Source: Mobula hypostoma | Taxonomy: Eukaryota | NCBI RefSeq assembly: GCF_963921235.1 | Contig: NC_086097.1 | Coordinates: forward strand, 71,054,001 to 71,118,000 | Length of the DNA stretch: 64,000 bases | Reading direction: 5' to 3' | In this document: piece after piece, positions 33,456 through 46,847 of the stretch | Numbering within the stretch: position 1 is the stretch's first letter | Layout: each line of letters starts with the position of its first letter | Program-made: the position numbers and the translations under genes | The notes under the pieces: model-generated | The model's database searches: none | Seen by the model: the letters and a program-made list of their open reading frames with translations, nothing else | Told to the model about the DNA's origin: nothing

Positions 33456-35179
33456 TAGAAGATGGCATTTTGGCTTTAATGGCAAGATGATTGGAGTTTA
33501 GAAATAGGAAAGTATCATTACAACTGTACGGGATGTTGGTGAGGCTACTCTTGGATAAATGAGCTCAGGTTTGGTCTCTTTGTAGAAAAATATATACTGC
33601 TATTGCAGGCAGTCCAGAAGTCATTCACTAGACAAGTTCCCAGGATGAGTGTTGTTCTATCATGACCATTGATAGAAATTAGATTTATTCTCCATGGAGT
33701 TTAGAGGAATGGGGTGATCTTATTGAAACATATACAATCTTGTGGGGAGATGCCAGAGTAGGTGCTGTGATGCTATGGTAACAAGATCAGGAAATGGGTT
33801 GGAATTCTCACAGAGAATGGTGAATCTCCTGAATTCTCTGTCCCCGGAGAGTTTCGGAGACCAAATCATTGGTGGTGTGTAAAGTGGGAAGATCAGGGCA
33901 TTGAGGGAGAACTGGCAGAAAAGAAATGAGAGCTGAGGCAGTTTAGGTATGGTCACACTGTCGGGCTTATTGGCCTGCTCCTGCTTCGGTTTTCTTATGT
34001 TCTTATGTTTAAAGTTTTAAAATGGTACTTTTCTTCAAAAATATCATAATATCCAAATGGACCTTTCTTTGAAAAATTGCAGAAATTTTTGGTCAGTTAC
34101 TATACCGTTGTTCCCATATCTCCAAACCTATTACATTTGAAGCAGATCATTGAATGGATGGCTAAAGCAAGAAGAGATAGTGGGGGAATGAGCCAGTCAT
34201 GACTGACTATACACTGAAGCCGGGCAGTCTCACGATACTTAAATTGCCAATTTCCTGTTTCCAAGAACATTCTCACTAAAACAGTTCTGTGTTTTAGACG
34301 CCTACCTGATTCCAACTCATCCATTTTGCTGCGTTCAAATGCAGAACGCCTTTTCAGCTTTTAAGCTGCACGACTGTTGCTAAAAGACCTCCAGATCTGT
34401 TGTGTGCAGTGGGCCGGATGTTGCTGGCTCCTGCAGGCAGTACCAGTGGGAACAGTCACCAATCACCCATTCCTACTGCACTCGTCACAGGACTGCCACA
34501 CTCATTGCTGAATGAATAATCTACTGACCTGAGATAGCTGGCAGGGAGATTAAGAAAGGTATGTCTAAATTTAATCTGCCTCTCTCCCTGTGGAATTCAG
34601 TGGCACAGCCCACTTCAGTGAGATTCCACAGCGCAGGCTTTGTTGGCGTGTGCCAAATTAGATTCTCAGCAGGATCTGAGACTCCACCAATTGCAACAGA
34701 GATTATAAGACAAATATTTAATAGGCAAATCCTCTTTTCTATATTATTTTGTTTTGTTTAATTTAATTGTTTATTTGTGTACTTTTGGATGCTCTCAGTT
34801 AAGTTATTTTTAAAAGCTACTTAATGTTTTTACTTACTTATTTAAATTTTAATTGATTTAAATGTTTGTGAATCAATTACAAATTTTACAGCAGGCAAAT
34901 CCTGACTACTTTGCCAGCTGTTTGAAATGCTTTATGGTCCCATCACCAAAAGACAATGGCCTTGGATTCGAAGATGAGATGCCCAGCTAAACTGAGCCTC
35001 CCATTCAGATGTGGTGAGCGGGCCCTTGAGGAGATGAGAACAGTGATTCTACGCCAATATCTTACCTCCACTCACTGAAAAGCCTGCACTCTATTAAGCT
35101 CAATTAGCTACAGCGGCACAGAAATCAATTATTCCGTTTTTCGCAAAGCTTGCAATATTTAAACTACCCACACTTAGAC

Positions 35180-35560
35180 TATAAGACATAGGTTGTTGAT
35201 TAGTAAAGGTATCAAAGTTTATAAGGAGAATTGGGTTGAGAGATAATGAGAACATAGAACATAGAAATCTACAGCACATTATAGGCCCTTTGGCCCACAA
35301 TGTTGTGCCAATCATGTAGCCTACTCTAGAAACTGTCTAGAATTTCCCTAGTGCATAGCCCCCTATTTTTCTAAGCTCCATGTACCTATCTAATTAATAA
35401 GCCATGATGGAATGGCAGAGCAGACTTGATGTGCAGAATGGTCTATTTCTACTCCTATGGTTTATGGTCGTATAAGAGCGGAATTAAACTATTTAGTCCA
35501 TCAAGTCTGTTCTGCCATTTGATTATGGCTGAGCTATTTTTCCTCTCAACCCCATCCTCT
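35180..35560. mobile_element. Cluster of short CR1 3'-end fragments in both orientations
   Basis: A + strand CR1 3' UTR interrupted by a minus-strand tail beginning AACATAGAACATAGAAATCTACAGCAC. Confidence 0.6.
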
Positions 35561-38500
35561 CAGATTATTATTGGTTGTAGGTCTATTGTTGCTATGAATT
35601 GGTGCTGAGCTATGTATATGTTACGTCTTCCATTAAAATGACCATCCTCCTTCAAGTTCAACATGTATTTGCAAACAGCACAAGGGCAGGTACCCCAAAC
35701 TGCTGCTGAAGAGGACCACATTTCTTACAGTGTGTGGCGTAAAAGTAACTTTTTCTTGTTGCTGTTAATGCACCCCACCCCCACCCACACATCACTGTTG
35801 ATAGCACTTTCAAAACAGTTGTCCATGAAGCTGCAAAAATGAATTCTGCAACCTTGTGAAAATTACTTCTGTGCACAGCAATGGAGACAAGTTTTTGAAT
35901 AATACTCTCGAAATCTAAGGTAAAAATTAAACTCAGGAAACTACATTTGGGTCAGCATTTGTACTTTTTAAATACTTCGTCAGCTCAGACCACGAAGGAA
36001 TTTGCACAGTTACTTCTTTTTTCCCTCTCTCTTCTAAAAAATTTGGAAGTTGAGAGTCTGTTTTGCTTTTTTTTTAACTTTTCAGTGTCAACAGAAAATA
36101 TGATCAATCGTGATTAAAAATAAACAGCCCAAAGCCAGAACAAATGTGGGTGTTTCAGCATTACAAGATCACTTTAATGTTTACTGTTAGCCTGAAGAAA
36201 AACAAACAGCAATATTATTATATACACACACTTTTATTTTATTTTCTGCTGATTTCATTCAAATATTCCTGCTGGCAATGCATTTGGGTGTGATTTCAGT
36301 GTAACTGTGTGCATGCGTGTGTTATATGTGACAGCCAATAAAGGAAGCGGAAGAGAGTGTCTCCAACATTTACTGCACCTCACTGAGTTCTCAGGCAAAA
36401 TTAATGAAAATAAACATATGTTTTATTTTCTCCTCCCCTTATGCAACACCATCTGACTGCCAGAAATGTGTTTGAAATCCAAACTAAAGATTTTATTTCT
36501 GGAAGGTCAAGTAAATTGATTTTTAAACAAAAAGTACTTGAATTAAAATATCTCTCCCCATCTCTCCATCACCCCTCCCCTAATTCACACGCACTTCCCT
36601 AACACTCCCCAGCTCTAACTCCGAATTCTTCTGCTGTATGCAGATTCTGTTGGTGTTAAGGAGCCAGTAGGGACAATATGGTTCACCACAAGAGATCTTG
36701 GATGCATTTGTAGGACAATTACACTTGGTGAGAGAGGCAATGTGGGCAGAACTATTACACTGCCAGTTTTCTTCCTACCGAAGAACATCTCTTAGCCTAG
36801 ACTACTTAAGTCAAAATAACAAAATCTATGCCAGAAATTACTCTCCAAAAGGTTAGTTATGCAAATTGAATGTCTCAGGAAATCTTGCACTGAGACAGGA
36901 AACTTGTTTTAAACATTTACAAAAGATGGGAAATATATTTCTGCACCAAACATCACCAGCGTAGGTGTCAGATACTATACGGAAAATATACACTACCATT
37001 CTGGAGCATAACTCGAATCTTGAATAAGCGATTACTTCTCTCATTTCTATTAGTCATTTATATCTAAATATCTTTCTGAGTTTGAAAATATCTAAAGGTG
37101 GTTCACAGACACTCAATTAGATAAAATTGCCAGTTAAGGAGGCATGCAAAAATGTCATTTAATATTAAACAATAAGTTTTACACTGTGCTTCCCATGTCT
37201 GGGCCTTTCTTTACTCTCTCACTGACATCTGAAAATGGATACAAATATTCAGGCACTGGGCACGAACAGGCCTCGTTACCATAGATATACTGTATTTCAG
37301 CTAGGCTTATCCTACCTGTGCAGAAATATTTCCAGCACAGGTTACAGATGGCCGATGGATAACGTTGCATTTCTATCTAATGTACAATGGGACCACTCAC
37401 CCAAGACCAAACAACAGCCATTAACAGAACACCTTTCTTGCTTATCTATTCCTACACAAATATATGAGTATGATAGTCCTTCCATAAAAGTTGCATTCAT
37501 TTTAATCTTACTAATTGTAACTATGAACAATAATTGAAACTGCAGAACCTTGCCTGTGAAATGGATACAGGAGCCAATAAATGAAAGTAATCAAGTAGAG
37601 ATGGCAGGGAAAAACAGTTCAATCAGTTACTGTCGGTGCCAAGATTCTTGCAATACTGCTTTGACTATCTCACAGTGCCAAGTCAATAATAATACCATTT
37701 ACATCTACATTAATGCATAGTTGCACAGGAATGGGGAAGCATTGCTGGGGAGAAGACAGTGTCAAGCACTGCAGAGAAAAATAAAGGTTTCATTTTGTGG
37801 TAAGGGAAGAAGTATTCTTTGTTAATGCACAGCTGATGATGTATTTGCTAACTTCCTGCAACAAAAATACAAGAAACTGATCATTGAATCCCTTGGGTAA
37901 CTATGCCAAGGGAAGTCGAGGCCACACCCACTGCTCTTTGAGTGGACGTAGCAGGAAGCAGCAGTGGATGCTAGATGGCTCAGTGCTGAACTGTACAGTT
38001 CCCTGATTCCCTGATCTAAAGGTACCACCGTCTGCTGGTGGGCTTCAGAGACTCACGGTTCAAACATTTTATCAGTTCATTCCCTTTCTCCTCTTGGACT
38101 TCAGTCTTCATCCGATCTACACTGGTAAAAGTCCCTCTTTTTGCAGCGTACACTAAATCGTTCCAAAATGATTTGGGTCAGATTACTTTAGATTCAAACA
38201 GGCAGTAATGGACAAAATATAATTTCATAATTTTACCTGTACTTTGGAAGGAAAAATTGAAAATACATTCTGCAACATGAATCTATATTGTTTTGATACA
38301 GAAGCAAGACATACCTTTGCAATCTTTACTTCGCTGAAATCTTTATTTTGGATTCAACTGTTGAATACTTGACCTCAAATTGCTTCATCTGATTGCAGGG
38401 AGCTGATGTGGGGAAAGTGTTCAATTTCCAAACATAATATTCCATGCTGTAATGAGCCAAAAACAGAAAAAAATATTTTCTTCTCAACATAGCATACAGT

Positions 38501-39254
38501 GCTGTTGATGGGTATTTGCAAGGTAGATAGTGCAAATTTTGTGAAAGGTTTTACTTCAAAGCCAAATAAAATTGACTGCTTCAGCAAGCTGGTAAGGCAC
38601 TGTAATTGCAAAAGGTGGCTTGAAGTACAGTGCAGATACATTACTGAAAAATCTAGCAGGCAAGTAGCCACTTAATACTGCTGAATGCAAATTCAGCTTT
38701 CAATATATCATAAACACCAGGCTTTTTGCTTACTCTGATCATAACCCTGGTGCTATATGCATCATTGCAGAAACAAGTCAAGCTATTTGAACAATTGCGC
38801 CAGCATTATCACAAGTTTAATGGATAGCATCATTTTCAGGGGTCACATGACAGCGAAATCTCATTTCCTACTAGAATGCGGTGTTCTATGCACAATTCTT
38901 CTGTCCTTCTACAACATATCTGTTCGAGAGTAAGCACTAAAATGCACAGCAGATTCACACTCACGATGAAAAAAGAGACATTGTTTTTGACTCAGTTAAG
39001 ACCCCAACTACCAGAAAAAATGAGCAATACCTGGAATATTTGCCTTTTTTCAAATCTATATGCCAGTCCAGGCACTGAATTCTGCCACTAAAAAGGACAC
39101 TAATAAAAAGGTATTACATTTTATTTTCAGAATATATAGTTTGTGTGCCAACTAAAATAAATCCATCCAACTTAATTTTCAATAATGCAAATGATTTGAA
39201 AAGCCACACCTTACTGAACAACTGCCAGAAACATCTGTCTAAACAAGTATCTTC

Positions 39255-39268
39255 TGCCACCTTGTGGC
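39255..39268 (-). promoter_or_regulatory. Candidate CTCF site
   Basis: Minus strand TTGCCACAAGGTGGCAGAA fits CCAC-N-AG-(G/A)-(T/G)-GGCA; lies in unique sequence. Confidence 0.45.
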
Positions 39269-39392
39269 AATTTTATTAACTACATATTTTGGAAGATTTT
39301 CTGAGTATGAAATTGCCTTTTCAGTTGCAGGATGGAATAAACAAAATAATTCAATCTGAAATTATTTAATCCCCATCTCAACAGGCAAACTG

Positions 39393-39755
39393 AGAGACAC
39401 AAAATCATGCAGATGCTGGGATCTGGACTGAGAAAACAAGCTGCCGGAGAAATGTCAACTTCTCGGGTTGAGACCCTACATCAGGACTGAGTGTGGAAAG
39501 AGAAGATCGGTAGTATGAAGAGGAGAGGAGTAGGACTGAGGCAGGAGAAGGATGGAGATAGTCACTTTCTCCCTCACTTGGCTCCATCTGCCCACCAATC
39601 TTACCTCTCCCGGATCCCCTCTCCATCACATAATACAGGCTCCTTCCCCTTTACACACATGTCCTGATGCACAGTATTAAGCCAAAGTGTCAATCATCAC
39701 TCTGCACACAGGTGCAGCCTGGCCTGACAAGTTGTTCCAGCAGCTCAGTTTTGTT
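39393..39755. repeat. Older inverted pair of Penelope 3' ends
   Basis: Minus tail with CTGATGTAGGGTCTCAACCCGAGAAGTTGAC (~39455-39490), purine then pyrimidine spacer, plus-strand tail GTCCTGATGC..CCTGACAAGTTGTTCCAGCAG. Confidence 0.65.
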
Positions 39756-41539
39756 TATTGTGACGGAAAGTCTAAGTTGGACTGTGTGTATGTAATAAAA
39801 ACACAATTGGAGAGCTGGTTACCATCCATCATTGTATTCCAAATGGAGAAACTCTGAAAACATCCAATTTCCACCCCATAGCATCAGTACCAACAAGAAT
39901 TACAACATTTTTATTTTGGTGTTGCATCGAGTTTATTTGTTTTAAGTACATGGAGGTAAGATACTAAACCTGATATTTTGGACCTCACAATGGAAGATGA
40001 CCAAAATATGAATGGACTTTGGTGCAGGTCAGAATGTTTTTAAAAAGGAGTATTTTTAATTATTTAGTGACAGTATTTGCAGTAAATTTCTCTGATACAC
40101 CAATTGCTGTGATGAATAGCAGGGATGAGAAATCAGTGAGGCAATGTCACCACTGTCAGTTTTCTTGTGTCAAATGGATATGAAATGAAGGTAATTATTC
40201 TGTGCGGTGCACAAAGCACTGCTGGGGCTAATTACGTACAAACAGCAAATCCTCACTTCTCGTCAATAAAGGCAGAATCACAACAAGAACTAACAGCCCA
40301 AGTTCAATGAGTGCACAGTCTTTGCTTCCTATAAAAGTGTGGACACTGATCAGACCATAATGCAGAAAGTGCTAACTCACAAATGAAGGCAAAGTAAAGA
40401 GACAGACAGATTCTGATGCCATGAAGAAACACAATGGGATATCTGTTATTTCTCCAAAATAATTTTAATCAGTAAGCAGGTCGAGAGGTTTGGAAACTGG
40501 TTCCCTAAAGCCATCTCAGGAAATAAGGGTTAGTGATGCATGAAGATAAATCCATTGAGTTGATGGCATTTTAGCCTAAAGCTCCCAGAGCCACAGCGGA
40601 GGGGCAGCCTGAGGAACTGGCACCACAGAGGAGAGATCATTTGTTGCACGTTCCTTGGAACACCACATAGTAATTGCAGGTCATGATACAAGACCATAAG
40701 ACAAAGGAGCAGAATTAGGCCATTCAGTCCATCGACATGTGCGTTTCTTGCAGAGGAATAAATTGATAAACTGAGACAAAGAGGTCAGGTAAGTGATATA
40801 CAATACAAAGTGCCTAAAATTTCAATCATATCATATATTTTTCATGCAACTGATTTCATTGTTACCTCAAACCTCAGATCAATCCCATTTTGTGAAGTTG
40901 AACCTTGGTCTCCAATGCAACTGATTGTGAAGGTCTCTGAGTGTGCTCAGATTATGTAATGTAAAATACATTTGACCACAGGCAGGGATTGTGCATGGTC
41001 TGTGCACAGATTTTGCTGAGCAAACATTTTCACTGCCAAGGGAAGAAGAGCCAATAGTGAGATCCCTCCCCTCAGAGAAATCCTGAATTCTATAAGCAAA
41101 AGATAAGATAATTTGCTAATCCCATGCATGGACCAGAAGCCAATAACCACTCTCATTAACAGCTAGGATAGTGCAATGCTGTAATTAATTCAATATCATT
41201 GAGCAAAGAAATTAGCCAGAACTCCTGGACTATTGTTTTTTTGTCCCTCTTAGGTGAGCACAGGAAGGTATAAATTGAGAATAAACAAAATGTCAATGGA
41301 AATAGTGATACTACTTCCTGTCCCGTAGAATATTAGCCAATGATAATAGCCATTGGGGAAGGCAACACAAATCATTTCCTCTTCACCTTCATCAAACTAA
41401 GTGAAGGAAACTAGCCGGAACAATTAAAAAAAAATTCAAACTAGCAAACTAGTTTGAATCATCCGGACGACTAATTGGCAACCCTGTCAAATCCTACACA
41501 ATTGCACAGGAGGGCTAATGTAGAGTAAGCATCTCTGGT

Positions 41540-44500
41540 TTAGTGCTGCATGGTGGGGTTTTTACTAGGGTTGCAAGGGAATAAGAACCAGAGTGCTAGA
41601 ACAGTTAGTGGAGAGGTCATGGAGGTGGATGTTGGGAGGACCTCAGATAAATTCAGGAATCAAAAGGTTGAGCTGCTGATATTTCAGTGCAAGAAGTATT
41701 GTAGGAAAGGCAGATGATAGTCCTGAAGGTGAGGTAGCTGGTTTACAAACATAGGCAATGCATAGTGAGGAGAGGCTGTTGATCAGGCAAAATTGCAGTC
41801 AACAAGATGAGTTGTAATGTAAAAGACAGACAAAATCAAAAAGGGTAAATACAGGACTGAAGGTGTTATATTTGAATGTGCGCAGTATACAGAAAAAGGT
41901 AGATGAAGATTGGCAGGTATGATGTTGTGGGCATCATTGAATTGTGGCTGAAAGAAGGTTATAACTGGGAGCTTAACATCCAGGGATACACATTGTATCA
42001 AAAGGACAGGCAGGATAGCAGAGGGGGCAGTGTTGCTCTGTTAGTACAAAATGAAATCAAATCATTAGAAAGAGGTGTCATAGGGTTGAAAGATGTTGAA
42101 TCATTGTGGACAGAGCTAAGGAATTGCAAGGTTAAAAAATGATGGGATTTGTATACAGGCTCCCAAACAATAGTAAGGATGTGATCTACAAATTACTTCG
42201 GTAGATAGAAAATGCATACCAAAAGGGCGATATTACAAGGGTCTTAGGGGATTTCAATATGCAGGTGGATAGGGAAAATCAGGTTGGTGCTGTATTCCAA
42301 GAGGGGGATTTTCTAGAATACTTACAAAATGCTTTTTCAGAGCAACTTGTGGTTGAACCCACTAGGGGATCAGCTATTCTGGACTGGGTGCTGTGCAATG
42401 AATCGGAATTGATTAGAGAGCTTAAGGTAAAATAATTCATAGGAGCAAGGGATCATAATATGATTGAATTCACCCTGAAATTTGAGAAGGAGAAGCAAAA
42501 GTCAGATGTATCAGTATTACAGTGGAGTAAAGGGACTTGCAGAGGCATGAGAAAGAAGTTGGCCAGAATTGATTGGAAAAGAACACTGGCAGGGATGATG
42601 GCAGAGCAGCAATGGCTGGAATTTCTGGAAGCAGTTCAGAAGGTACAGGAAATATACATCCCAAAGAGGAAGAAGTATTCTAAAGGCAAGTTGACACAAC
42701 TGTGGCTAATAAGAGAAGTCAAAGCCAACATTAAAGGCCAAATGGAGGGCATATAGTAATGCAAAAATTAGTGGGAATTTCGAGGACTGGGAAGCTTTCA
42801 AAACTAACAGAAGGCAACCAAGAAGTCATTAACAAGGTAAAGATAGAGAACAAAAGTAAGCTAGCCAACAATATTAAAGAGGATACCAAAAGTTTCTTCA
42901 GATATATAAAGTGTAAAAGAGAGGCGAGAGTGCACAGCAGACTGCAGAAAAAACTTTGCTGGAGAGGTAGTAACAGGTGGCATGGAAATAGATCTGAACA
43001 AGTATTTTGCATCAGTCTTCACTGTGGAAGATACGAGCAGTACGGTGGAAGTTCCCGGTGTCAGGAGTCATGAAGTGTGTGAAGTTATCATTACTAGAGA
43101 GAAGGTTCTTGAGAAACTGAAATGTTTGAAGGTAGATAGGTCACCCGGACCAGATGATGTACACACCAGAGTTCTGAAAGAGATCACTGAAGAGATTGTG
43201 GAGGCATTAGTAATGATCTTTCAAGAATCACTGGATTCTGAAATGGTTTCAGAAAACTGGAAAATTGCAAATATCACTCCACTCTTCAAGAAGGGAGAGA
43301 GGCAGAAGAAAGGAAGCTATAGGCCAGTTAGTCTGATCTCAGTGGTCGGGAAGATGTTGGAGTCGATTGTTAAGTATGTAGATTCGGATTACTTGGAGGT
43401 ACCTGATAAAATAGGTCAGCATGGTTTCCTTTGGGGAAAATCTTGCCTGACAAATCTGTTGGAATTCTTTGAAGAAATAACAAGCAGGATAGACAAAGGA
43501 AAATTGCTTGATGTTGTGTACTTGGATTTTCAGAAGGCCTTTGACAAGGTGCCACACATGAGACTGCTTAACAAGCTACGAACCAGTGGTAGTGCAGGAA
43601 ATATTCTAGCATGGATGAAGCAGTGGCTGATTGGCAGGCGGCAAAGAGTGGGAATAAAGGGAGCCTTTTCTAGTTGGCTGCCGGTGACTAGTGGTGTTTC
43701 ACAGGCATCTGGGACTGATTCTTGTTACTTTACATGTCACTGATTTGGATGATGGAATTGATGGCTTTGTTGCAGAGTTTGCACACATATGAAGATAGGT
43801 GAGGGGCAGGTAGTTTTGTGGAAGTAGAGAGGTTTTTGAAGGACTAACACAGATTAGGAGGATGAGCAAAGAAGTGGTAGATGTAATACAGTGTCAGGAA
43901 GTGTATGGTCATGTGCTTTGGTAGAACAAATGAAAGGGTTGACTATTTTCTAAATGGAGAGAAAATATACAAAAACTGAGTTGTAAAGGGACTTGAAAGT
44001 CTTAAAGGTTAATTTGCCAGTTGAGACTGTGGTGAGAAAGGTAAATGCGATGTTAGCGTTAATTTCAAGAGTACTAGAATATAAAAGCAAGGATGTAATG
44101 TTGAACCTTTATAAAGCACTGGTGAGGCTTCAATTGGAGTATTGTGAACAGTTTTGGGCCCCTTATCTAAGAAGGGATGTGCTGAAATTGGAGAGGGTTC
44201 AAAGGAGGTTCACAAAAATAATTCCAGGACTGAATGGATTGTCATATGAAGAGCGTTTGATGGCTCTGGGCCCGCATTCATGAGAGTTCAGAAGAATGAG
44301 GGTGACCTCATTGAAACCTATCGAATGGTGAAAGGCCTTGATAGAGTGGATCTGGAGGGGATCTTTCCTATGCTGGGAGAGTCTAAGACCAGAGGACACA
44401 GCCTCATAAAGAGGGGCATCCTTTCAGAACGAAGTTGAAGGGGAATTTCTTTAGCCAGAGAGTGGTGAATGTGTGGAATTCTATGCCACAAGTATCTGTG

Positions 44501-45078
44501 GAGGCCAAGTCTTTATGTATATTTAAGGCAAAGGTTGATGGATTCTTGATTGGTCAGGGCAGGAAGAGAAATACTTTACACTTTATTGTCGCCAAACAAT
44601 TGATACTAGAGCGTACAATCATCACAGCGATATTTGATTCTGCTCTTCGTGCTCCCTGGAGTACAAATTGATAGCAAATATTAAAAATTTAAATTATAAA
44701 TGATAAATAGAAAATAGAAAAGGGAAAGTAAGGTAGTGGAAAAAAGCCAAGAGGCAGGTCTGGATATTTGGAGGGTATGGCCCAGATCCGGGTCAAGATC
44801 CGTTCAGCAGTCTTATCACAGTTGGAAAGAAGCTGTTCCCAAATCTGGCCGTACAAGTCCTCAAGCTCCTGAGCCTTCTTCCAGAGGAAAGAGGGACGAA
44901 AAGTATGTTGGCTGGGTGAGTCATGTCCTTGATTATCCTGACAGCACTGTTGCGACAGCGTGCAGTGTAAAGTGAGAATATGTGGAGAATGCAGGAGTTT
45001 TGGATCAGTGATGATGAAATGGCAGAGCAGACTCAATGAGCTAAATGACCTAATTCTGCTCCAGTGTCTTATGGTCTA
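41540..45078 (+). mobile_element. CR1 LINE (end of ORF1, ORF2 APE-RT, 3' UTR), decayed
   Basis: IGRYDVVGIIELWLKEGYNWELNIQGY (APE), 253-aa ORF 42982-43743 with SYRPVSLIS and YLDFQKAFDKVPH, C-terminal VRLQLEYCEQFWAPY, tail TCTTATGGTCTA. Confidence 0.93.
44563..44972 (-). mobile_element. Rex1/Babar-type LINE 3' end inserted in the CR1 3' region
   Basis: Minus strand shows decayed IIKD.THP..LF..LPSG.R.RS..FGNSFFPT.IRLLN-type C-terminus; the CR1 3' end resumes at ~44975. Confidence 0.75.
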
Positions 45079-46847
45079 AATACAATCTACAGGTATTTCA
45101 CCGCAGCAGTATTTTTGAGGGGGTCTATATTAATAACGCAACAACTTGCATTTATGGCATTTTTAACAACAAACAGCAGAAAGATTCATTTATTATTCTT
45201 GGCTCACAATGTCAGTGAGTTGCCGTTGTACATACATTAACAATGACGAGCACATAACTAAAGTCCCAAAGACACTCTGCAAAACAAGTACTAAAAACAC
45301 AATATACAGTAGATATCACTGAACGTACAATAAATACTTCTTGTGAAATCACTTAAGTCTTGTTTCCGCAGTCTTGTACGAACTCACATTTCAAGTTACC
45401 TAATTAAGCAGGATGAGCACAAACAATACACAGTTGAAGATCCTTGATTGATTTGTCTGTGGTTCCATTCCTCAATGAGTTAACCCCATAACATGTAGTT
45501 CCCTTCATCTTGAACACTGTGCATCACAAATAAAGAAATGGTCACCTTAAATTTGGTGCCCACTATTCAAGTTCCTGAACAATGAGAAGTCAGAATATAT
45601 TGCAGTTAGATGAGACTACAGCAGGGGGGAGTCAGTTTACACCTTTCACCATGTCCAAGCCAAAATGTGTCTCAGTCCTACAAAGAAATACATTCCCCTT
45701 TTGTCAAATTGTATCAATGCCTGCTGAAAGTGATTCCATCTGTGGCTGAGGAAATGCATGTTTCAACAGTATCTATCTTCAGCACAATCTGCTCGACATA
45801 ATGTATAGATTTATCATACCAGCGCAGGGCTCTCTGGGTTACAAATGACCTGCCTTACAGAAATCTGACTTAAAGCAAATTCTGTCAAATATTTTAAATA
45901 ATTTTTCAAACTAGGGGCAATGATAATATTCTTTAATGACTGGATACAATATATTCCATTAGCTTATTATGGGTAGGGTTGGAGTGATTATTCAATGAAA
46001 TAAAAGAGTTACAGAAAGTATTTGTAGATGATATAGCATGGGTTTCTATAGAAAACTTTGTAGGATTGCAATCATTAAGTAACCGAGAGACTGCTATAAT
46101 TACATCCTGCTACCAGGAAGAATCTAATGCATAAAAATAATCTCACTAATTAATTTCACTCTGATTGGCTATCTTGTCACAAGTCAACATGGACATTTAG
46201 ATACTTCAACACATATTTCAAGGCGATAATTCAGCATCGACAATTAGAATACATGGTTTACAATGGATATTTTTCTATCATTCTCCACTCCTCACCTTAT
46301 CATGACAACACCTTGCTGTACTATCACCACATTTCTGTGGCGTGAAGCATGGTATGGATTTCCAGCCTGTGAATTCCTCAGTTGCTACTGCATCTGTTAC
46401 TTCTCTTCTAACCTCACCTTTTTACTTACTGGTCCTGTTAGCAGTCATGTTTGAGTTGCACTCCCAAGGAAGGGAACCCTGAGTGGAGGTTACAGGAAGC
46501 CACTTGGAAAACACTGGCACTGAGGATAGCGTCATGTGAGAGAAATAGAAACTGGGAATGTGAGAATGGAGCTCCTACAGGAGATGGGAATGGAGATGAC
46601 GTACTGAGTGTGGCTGTGGGAGTGTATGGCTTAATGGAGATTGACGGAGGAGACAACGTCCATCCACCTGTAAAGCTGAATGCTGCATGGATGCCCAGCC
46701 AAGGTTACGAATGATCACTGCCTGGAGCACCCATTACATACTCACATTGTGAGAAGCAATTGTCTGAAGCAGTTTGAAGAAGTTCCACAAGAGCAACCAG
46801 AACATCTCGAGTCAAGCTTCTAAATCACCAAGAGTCTGACAAAATTT

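Larger units (their letters stand above)
28640..34010 (+). mobile_element. Old CR1 RT/3' fragment in three pieces (~28640-28770, 30296-30642, 33460-34010)
   Basis: Decayed GEPVDVV.LDF..TFD, then VGING.FS.WKDVTNG, then GILALMAR..EFRNRK, then CR1 3' UTR. The pieces are collinear once the hAT and Rex1 inserts are removed. Confidence 0.7.
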
